NCBI GenBank assembly: GCA_964019335.1
Contig: OZ025715.1
Span: 372,001-436,000, forward strand
Direction: 5' to 3'
DNA length: 64,000 nucleotides
Source: Diplonema japonicum
Lineage: Eukaryota; Protista; Euglenozoa: Diplonemea
Made by a program: the position numbers and the translations under genes. Shown here one piece after another: positions 56,801-64,000 of this stretch. Numbering within the stretch: the stretch's first letter is position 1; every line of letters starts with the position of its first letter. Under the pieces are notes generated by a model. That model ran no database searches. It was not told the origin of the DNA and was given only the letters and a program-made list of their open reading frames with translations.

Positions 56801-57314
56801 GGAGTGCATCGACATGAGGCTCTAGATCGAAAAAGAACACGTTTGAACAAATATTTGCTGTGATTCTATTTATTTTGCAAACCACCGTGCTGTCGAATTT
56901 TATATTGTTCTTCTTGTCTTTTCTTTCTTCTTTCTGATGTGAACAAGTGGGCGGTCTCACAAAGACTTCCTTAACTTATATATATTTTTTCTTCTTTAGC
57001 CTCCCTCCTCCACCAATCTTTTTCTTCCAGAATCTTTTAAACTGATTGAAGCTAGATCCACCGATCTACTGAAGCTCTTTGTACCGTATTATGGAAAAAG
57101 ATGAAAACAGATTCAGGCAATGTTACATGGGCCTGAACCAAAAGTAGTGTTAAGAAGATTACATGTAGTAGCACAGCAGGTCAATATTTTCTAGTTATAT
57201 GCGGTGTGCATTAGAACAGTGAACAGGCAGAATAGGGGGGTATATTTTTCTTTTTCTTTCGGATGGGGGGGCGACACTTCCCCTTAAGCGAGTCAACGTG
57301 AGAGGGAACTATGC
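53821..57314 (+). repeat. Segmental duplication unit 2
   Basis: See 46218-49864. The 3' flank is ~150 nt shorter and has many substitutions and indels. Confidence 0.92.
53865..56825 (+). CDS. Secreted GH116 with PAN/apple-like modules, copy 2
   Basis: Translation identical to 46262-49222 (offset 7603 nt). The overlapping alternative-frame ORFs are also identical within the shared region, implying nucleotide identity. Confidence 0.85.
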   Translation: MARMMRQIAAFVGLLAVGGATGSELSSSLEQLIYLNKGTVSKDDTFVLVDQTSDYWEPENVTRSRYAWADLGTVPMPYTTLAEQCESLGPLVQGTDREGGDYRQVVNTTLEGCQKTCCDEASCQSFVYASASPSSFGSCVEGKPCCFLKAAVPDTKPSPGLTSGTVSRKPLGKDQAPPPGVRSAPPLGGLAAGTMELRGDGTLTAWTTENNSPAGSAKLSKQRAAMFGARVGSGWARVLQTSPLDPEMEGVESLTFGGSPPTTRLQVGGAPAGMEVTLYGYSRMATGNMERSHLPAIAFSMAFKNTGSTAQEVSAFFNLPAMNENTERHGKVLSVDPSATSPEACLSSCNKASQCQSWEFSKAEKKCSLQADSRDYAFEDGTTSGTKALWKQGAGGCLTVNKPGMGPMNGNYSLCGTGGSSLSAGTGTHKDLWAQFAGTGKLSGGVSTDAPHGAMAVSGTVASGDTLVLTITLGYFFPLHNYLDQVLGNQYANFFQDSEGPALELAADLVGTLADIHAIHRPILGSTLPTWMSDSLVATLHHVRSAMWYKDGRWRQWEAYDCVNMDSVHNDGERHIPYIMLFPESTKSKVEAWGRAQASNGMIHEQLACGCQGGIDSGFEHGCGRVMSDCSSMYIIYLLELLRWNNDQDFVRTWYPTARRAAEWQISVSTFHGMPTKLQTTYDVLGMQGYDAVAYSTMFQITCMKAMAELAAFMDLPSDVERYNNAAAAAVEGMETVLWQDDMKAYQAYYEPANGRAIMADTFYAQVLAHSVGLGTLVNETRLGMHLDTEAVTNYDPFGLKILTGRTHGNSETEKDIWMMAPADHAAAMLRIRHGTVEEALEVGGRPYKRLTEDINDVWNACGIMRGNYTTFPGSNFDTAHYGYYMTIWHLMLAMSDQIIDVHAGTFAFSPVTSGPAPAQQQPFSLPVMLPSVLGFVNGSKLQDGSYHVGFCLTAGTVNAKTVSWWGRQYPSSVHLTAGECIDMRL

Positions 57315-58119
57315 ACGAGCCTGTTATACTTGTGCTGAGCAACCAAAGCTATTATTGGTTTGCTCTAGTTTTTCGATCTCTTTCATCATATAGAGTCTTT
57401 ACCGCACCATTGCGTACTGAAACGTTGGACTTTTGTGTTTTGCAATACTCAGAGGCCTGTGGACCCTATATAGCCATGACCCTCCCAAGCGGAAATATTG
57501 GCGAGTGTCCAAGGTACCTCCTGATACCTGCTGCATGGAATCCTGTCCCCCTCCCCCCCCCCCCCCCCATTAGTGAACCAGCGTTGTATTCACTGCTGTA
57601 AAATCAAAGACACATGTACTCGCTTTAGTAACCCTTACGTTGTTGGTCATCGGGGTTTTGGTTTTAACTATTCTACCCAAAGGTTAACCATAACATCACC
57701 TAAAACGTACAAGAATGTGGGTATCATGCCTCGAGTTATGCTCTCTTTCTACTCCCTTTCACGGTGTAGTAACGAGCAATGCCTTTGTTTCTTTTCCTTT
57801 CTCGCCCAGTTCCCTCTGACCTTACGCACTGATTGTGCTTCCAAAGTGGGAGAAATACGCTTCAGAACGACGATCTGAACCAAAGGAAAACCTTGAAGAT
57901 GCAGAAGAAAAGAAGGAGGGGAGGCTGCGAAACTGGATATATTCCAACATCACCTTTCCAATACCAAAAGAAAAGGCGTTTTGCGCTCGTTTCCCACTAC
58001 TCTCTTTTCCTTCGGGGTTTGTGGTCGACACCACGTTCTACTTTATTTCTTCTTCTTTTACATCTTTGCCTCTCCCTCTTTATCAGCAATTATTCAATCA
58101 TACCAACCCATCAGGTAAA

Positions 58120-61100
58120 ATGGAGGGGGTGCACAATGTAGACATCGATGGTGTCTGCAGTCTACGTGTGGAGGGGAGTGGGCTGGAGCAGGTTAGGCAG
58201 AGGGATCTAAGCTGGTACACATGCAGGCAGGCGAAGGAAGAGTACGAGCACGTAACACGTCTGGGGCACCTTCAAGAGACGGGTCTGGAGCTTGCAGGGG
58301 TGTTATATTCTCACAGGTCGCTAGAGAACTGTGCTCGCACTACCAGCGGGACGGACTCAGTGGAACGACTTGCAGAGGCGCAGGTGTCGATCTTCATACC
58401 CCAGTTGGGGAAGCTGCGTTGCTTGCTTGACTTCATCACAACGTCGCAGCAGGCGGCCTACGCAGCAGTCGACTTCTACATCCGTGCGGACGGCAAGAAG
58501 TGTATCGCCAGCGACGTCTTCCTTATAGCGTTCATCAAGCTCCTCGACGCTTGTATTATTGTCGATAATCTGATGGCCAACGAAGCCCTCAAAGCAGACT
58601 GGGATGCCCTCCGCGCTATGTCGGCCAAATGCGGAGCCGTCGCCTTCGACGAGGCCTTCCCTGACGCTGCTAACATCGAGAACATCTTCACGCCCCCTGT
58701 TGCCGTGGGCTTCAACTACCTCCTCTCCGGCGTCTACGAATCATTTGTAAAGGTCTCCTCATGGCAAGACGCGCTCGTTGCCTGCATCAATTACTGCGTC
58801 ACAGCAGTTATTGAAGGCACCTTCGTCACACCCGACGAGAAGCATCGCTACATCCGAGTGAGTGCCCTGCTCATGGGCTGGGTCGACGAGCGCAAGTCCT
58901 TAGAAAAGGATAAAGTCAGGAAGGGGCTCCTTCTGGATGCCATGAAGTCAGTGGTTAAGAGGTACCCCTATGTTCCCGTCTTTGCTGATGTCACGATGAG
59001 GCTGGACACCTTCACACGTCAGTGCTGTCACCTGGAGCTGGTCGACACCGAAGGCAAAGAAGCAAAAATCGAGTCCTACTACACTCTTAACGAGCAAAAG
59101 GTAGCAGACCTTCGAGGCAGCTTCGTACAGTGGATGACTAGGTGGGGCCTCAGGAGGCTGAACAGGTCTGCAGAAGACAAATCCGACAAAAAAACGACCG
59201 AAGGAATCTGGTGTCTGGTTCGTAATGGGCTGCGGCTGTTAACTGAAATGACTTGTCACTTGTGGGAGAATAACTGCTGGAAGACACAGTACCGCCTGTA
59301 CCACTACAGCACAGTGGAGCAGGGCTTCATCCTCGAGGTGCTGGGGATGGTGAAGGGCTTGGCGAAGGAGTTGACAGAGTGCGATGTGATATACGGGAAG
59401 CAGCTGAGGAATCGCGTCCACGACAAGTTGCAGCAGTTCGTACAGGTCGACATGCGGGACCTGCTGCGAAAGACGAAAAAAGAGAGCAAGAAAGAGGCGC
59501 ACAGCGCATTGATCTTAATACGGGATTGCTACGGGGACTGGGCTGAGGAGGGCGGTGTTGCACCACGGGAAGACAAAGCGTTGGAAGGCAAGCATGACGA
59601 CGTGCTTCCAGCGCAGCCAGCGTGGCCTGAGAGGAACACAGCACCTTCCCTCAACGCCATCTCCCTGTTACATGCTGCGCTGTCATGTCTCACGTCATAC
59701 AGGAACCCTGGTATGAAGAAAGGCTTCCGCAGCGTGCCTGACTTTGTGGAGAAACGCAAGAAGGTGATTGATGACTTCGAACACGACGTGCGACTGTGGC
59801 CTTATTTGTTGGACGTCACCGCTGCTGTGGAGGCATGCGGCAATGTCTCCTTTCTGTGGTTCAGAGAAGGGCGGCTACCCACGGAGTCAGCCACGTCTCT
59901 ACCTTGCTTGCTGGTGGAGTCATGCATCAAGGGGGTACTGAAAACAAGCGAGACATTATTCATTCCGTTCCACATATACGATGACGCCTTGAACATGACA
60001 CTGCGGCAATGGCGGTGCAAGCTGATGGTGCTCGAAGTGGAGGCAGAGGTTGAACAGCTGCTGGAAAAGGTAGTTTGCGATGTGGCACGAAAGGTGTTTG
60101 GCGCGTGGAAGGGGGAGTGTGCTGCCGAGATGCTTGGCAAACAGTGCTTCGTGCAGGTAGGCAAAAAAGGAAAAGATGAAAACACCTGTTCTGTCGTCAA
60201 GCAGAAATGGTGCCAGCAGCAGGAACACCTTGTTGCCCTGCTGCAAGAATCAAATGGGCGCTACATCATGGGTAGGTACGTTGATTACCACGGCCTGCTT
60301 AGCACTGAAGTCAATAAGCTGTTCCACCAGAACATTGCAGCGATAGTACAGAAGTTGCCTGGGGTGAGGGTAACAGAGGTGCGCTATGTGGAGATGCTGC
60401 TGAAGGTTCTAAAACGGATGCACAAAGAACTGAGAGGCTGCGGGTTGCGCTTAAGGAGCTGGAAGTCTTTAATGGCAGAAAACATGCAACATGAACAGCT
60501 CGACAAGTGGCTGCTCACAGGGCTGTTCGACGATGTGCTGCACAAAGCGTCTTACAACATGGCGTCGCGCAAGTTCCAGTTGGCCGCAGCAGATGCCAGC
60601 GACGCTTTAGCGTTGGAACCGATATGGCTCTTCGGAGATGTTGAACAGACGCAGCTCTATGAATCGCACTACGCCGCTCACGCTGAGTACTTAGGGAGGG
60701 AACACACCGATGCCATTGTCGGGGTCGGGATTTCTATCCACGCTGTCATGGAGGCGGCTGTAGCGAGGGTGAACGCAGAAATGCAGACCCTGCAAGCTCT
60801 GCTCAATGACGAAGGAGACGCGGACAGCGAACCACCGTTGGAAAAGTACTCTACTGCAGAAATTGTAGACAAGCACAGCAGTGCGTGGGCGGAGCTCGAC
60901 AGCACAAAGAAGGACGAGGCAATGCGGTGCCTGTCATACATCGGAAACATCGCGTGCTTCGTACAACTGCTGGATGAAGCTGTGGAGTACACGTCTATCT
61001 TGAAGTTGGTGAACGACGAGTGGCAGCTAGGCATAAGGTTAAATAATGAGAATGCCAAGGATGAGGATGACACATCTGCAACGCCAGTGGGCCATGAGGT

Positions 61101-61814
61101 GGCCATCATGTCCGACAGCATGGGGAAGATAGACTCCAAGCTGTGCGTGGTCCGCCCCCGTCCCTCAAGCGACGACAAATTGGAGTGTTCGCCCCTTCCA
61201 ACGGCAGACGTGGAGCCTCCGTCTTTTAACACGATATCGTCGCTGTTGAGGCTCTTCCTGCTGAGTGTGACTCCTTTTGATGCAGGTGGTCGGTTTGAGG
61301 CATTGTATTTATTGATACATTTCGGAACATGTTTGGCAAATCCCACGCCACCTGACAACCTCACATGGGGCGGTGTGACTGTGCTTGTACTTCTGTCTCG
61401 GTGGAAATCATTTTCAAACCAAAACTTGGTGGGCGCCTCCTTGGAGGTGTTTAAGTACTTCGACCCTTGTGGGGATATTTTATGCAAAGACAAAGACAAG
61501 GACAAAGACAAAGACACCCGTAAGCAGAAGAAGAACCTGTGCGAGCAAGGAAGCTCTCGTATCGCACAGTTCGTTAACACTGCAGTAATAATGGAACGAA
61601 AGCGGACTACAGCAGAGAAGGTATGCCCCCTCCACCCACACACCTCATGCAGGCATTGCTTGCTGTCTTGCCAGCGCAGTCCGAGCCCGTCGCAGAGGCA
61701 GCCGAGGAGATAACCCCTCCTGACGAGCTTCCCTCCTCTTCTTTTACACAAATGGCCTTCAGCACTGTGCCTCAAGAGCAGCTCCCTGTGTTCTCAGGTG
61801 ACGAGAGCGACTGA
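58120..61814 (+). CDS. CYFIP: Divergent CYFIP/SRA1 (WAVE regulatory complex) family protein, 2 exons
   Basis: Collinear degenerate CYFIP motifs LYSHRS, FVTPDEKHRYIRV, VPVFADV, EVLGMVKGL, SFLWFRE, SLPCLL, IYDDA, EVEAEV, IGNIACF, WGGVT. ATG follows CATCAG. Intron 61621-61652 joins the ORF at 61623-61814. Confidence 0.75.
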
Positions 61815-61966
61815 AGTGGGCTTATATTACACCTTGATGTAACTAGTGTTTCTTTAACTCTTACCATATAATTTTCTCTTTTTTCTTTTGCGATGTCTTC
61901 GATAACACGGCATGTTTACACTTTTTGAAAGTACCGCGTGTTTTACAACCAAGCCAACAGGACACC

Positions 61967-64000
61967 ATGCTGAAGCAGTGTGTTGTGAAGCTGAAAGAAA
62001 TTAAATGGCAATACATCAAAAGCAGGGCGTGGCCGAAACTTGTGGTATGCCATTGGAAAACAAACACCTACACAGCCAGAAACACAATGCCGTACCTGCG
62101 GTGATCCCTGCAAGAGATTTGATCAATGAAGGCGTCTACCCATTGGCAGTGCAGAAGGCGATGAAGAAGCTGAGTGGGCCTGTAGACCTGGTCCCATACG
62201 TTGTTGCAAAGGAGCTGCTTACGAACAAGTTTCCGCGGCGTGGTCGGTGGCGGTACATGGAGATGGACAGAGTGTTGGTGAAGAATACCGGGTTGAAAGG
62301 AACAGAGGGTGGTGAGCTTCGCACACCGATTGCAGTGCTGCTCGGCCATGTGGACCACGGGAAGACGACTCTGCTAGATGTGTTAGCCGAGACGGCCATG
62401 ACTGCAGCCGAGCCGGGAGACATCACGCAGACAGCACGGGCGTACAACATCAACCGAGGTGGGCACCGCCTTACTGTCATCGACACCCCGGGGCACAAGA
62501 TGTTTAAGTCAATGCGGAGAAGCAGTTCGTTCATTTGCGATGTAGTGGTGCTTGTGGTGGACCTCACGGAGGGAGTCAAACGGCAAACTAAAGAATCCAT
62601 CAAGCTAGCATTTTCCTTTGAGAGGCCGATCGTCGTAGCGATGACCAAGCTCGACCTTGTCCCGCCTGAGAACCTTGTGTCAGTTGTGAGGGACGTTGCG
62701 CAGCAGCTTCGCAACCACGCCGTCCCGGTGACAGTCAGGACACCCAACAACATGGACAAACCTCTTAAGGACGGCACGCTGTACTCCGCAGTCCCGATCT
62801 CCGCGACGCTTGGCATGCAGGTCGACCTCCTCTACAACGTCATCATGCGGGATACCAAGCCCGCTACTGCACGCATTACAGGTGTCCCTTGCAAAGCGTA
62901 CATTTTAGAGTCGCGCCACAACCTCGACGCGCGGAATGATACTGATGTCATGCGGAAGGGTTCTGTTGCACAGAACGAAACAGCGTCGGACCTACAGAAA
63001 GGTCGGAACCCAACGCAGCCCAGTGATGCATACAATGCCGCCTTTGCTCCTCTGCACACACGGAGCGAGCTTTACTCCGACAATCCTGAAAAGAGATTCG
63101 CAAACATAATTGACACAGATGCCTCCCGCAAGGATAACGATGCTGGCCTGTGGTCGTTGTCGTGCATATGCTACGAGGGTGTCTTCACCAAGAAACACCC
63201 GGCAGCTTGGCTAGCGGGTTTTGGTTCTTACGGGGAAACTACACAGCTGCTGAACGAGTGGGGCATGCCCATCGAGCAAGCGGTGCCAGGGCAGGCCTTT
63301 CAGCTGAGGGGGTTGCAGGGTCAGAACAGACCAGACCCCCATTCACACGTGGTTGGAATCGAGTCGGCTACAGCAGCATTGGAGACCTTGCAGCACAGAG
63401 AGCTGGTGATGGAGTACTTGCGGGGCGGCGGGGACCCAGCCCTGCTAACGCCTGAAGGCACAGCGGACGCGTATTATTGGATACAGAACAGGCTGCTGGA
63501 TGGAGAGCGCGAGGAGGAGGTGATGGACGTTAATGACGTAGAGAGGTTGGGGCTGCTGTGTGACGAATGGGGTCGGACAGGCAAGTGCCATGATAGTGAG
63601 TGCAGGAAAGAGCATCCAAAGAACATTGCCACGGAACCCCCCATCAAGACGGGTGTGGTGCTCGTTACGGATAGTAAAGGGTCGATGGAGGTGGTCCAAG
63701 CAATAGCTAAGAAGATGTCAAACAAAAGCGTACAATTTGATGTGCTACGGACGATGGTGGGCTCGGTAAACATGGGGCTCATTAACGAGGTAGCATCAGC
63801 TGGTGATTTTGTGGTGCCTGTGCTGTGCTACCGCATCAATCTCCCCCTGCATGTCATCCCCATCACTGTGACGCAGAAGGTTGACACATATGAAGTGCAT
63901 CACTTCCAAGATGTCGCAAGGGTCCTACACCAGATGAGCACAGAGCGCTACAGCACATGGGCAGCGGCACAGCTCAGAAGGTGGAAACGCTTTTCCATTA
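61967..64000 (+). CDS. MTIF2: Translation initiation factor IF2, probably mitochondrial; truncated by the window end
   Basis: Not in the ORF track because it is open-ended. G1 RTPIAVLLGHVDHGKTTLLD (~62320-62380), G2 GDITQ, G3 IDTPGHKMFKSMRR, G4 MTKLD, PISA; domain II NEWGMPIEQAVPGQAFQLRGL; domain III VLVTDSKGSMEVV. Start is either ATG 61967 with a 35-nt intron 62045-62079 (basic, presequence-like MLKQCVVKLK) or ATG 62047. Confidence 0.88.

Noticed and set aside
21815-61814. Functional cluster of trafficking/actin genes (VPS35L, propeller-DysF, myosin, CYFIP)
   Set aside because: Interspersed with unrelated genes; such categories are common and there is no evidence of co-regulation.
1-64000. 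CRISPR arrays, rRNA genes, hammerhead or HDV-like ribozymes
   Set aside because: No regularly spaced repeat-spacer array or rRNA signature. The CTGATGA matches I noticed fall inside coding sequence, and both LINEs lack the 5' ends where a ribozyme would sit.

Overview
Eukaryotic, most likely euglenozoan and probably diplonemid-like, genomic DNA; the organism is inferred, not identified. All 14 supportable host genes and both retrotransposons lie on the + strand, as in a polycistronic gene cluster. Most start codons follow a nearby YAG that resembles a trans-splice acceptor. About 25 tiny (32-69 nt) GT-AG introns, mostly with GTATG donors, join ORFs that the six-frame track lists separately. 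Non-coding DNA is full of A/T/G/C homopolymers. 1-8.6 kb is a graveyard of non-LTR retrotransposons: two degenerate RT elements, a fragment and dispersed 3'-end-derived repeats. 9-20.6 kb holds three orphan genes, including a ~1900-aa mosaic protein (SH3b/SAP/UBZ/PDZ/KOW/Zn finger/Hip-like TPR), plus a decayed piggyBac. 21.8-64 kb holds VPS35L, a laminin-EGF-like surface protein, a secreted purple acid phosphatase, a beta-propeller+DysF protein, a myosin, a TLC-domain protein, two apparently identical secreted GH116 genes flanking an orphan, a divergent CYFIP and a mitochondrial IF2 that runs off the window end. The most notable observations are: introns clustered near the 3' ends of genes, often with a poly(A) tract instead of a polypyrimidine tract; a CCCH zinc finger inserted between domains II and III of mtIF2; the mosaic gene; a conserved, unnamed C-terminal domain in the LINEs; and block-wise switching between G- and C-ending codons. 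All domain calls are by-eye motif recognition, not database searches.
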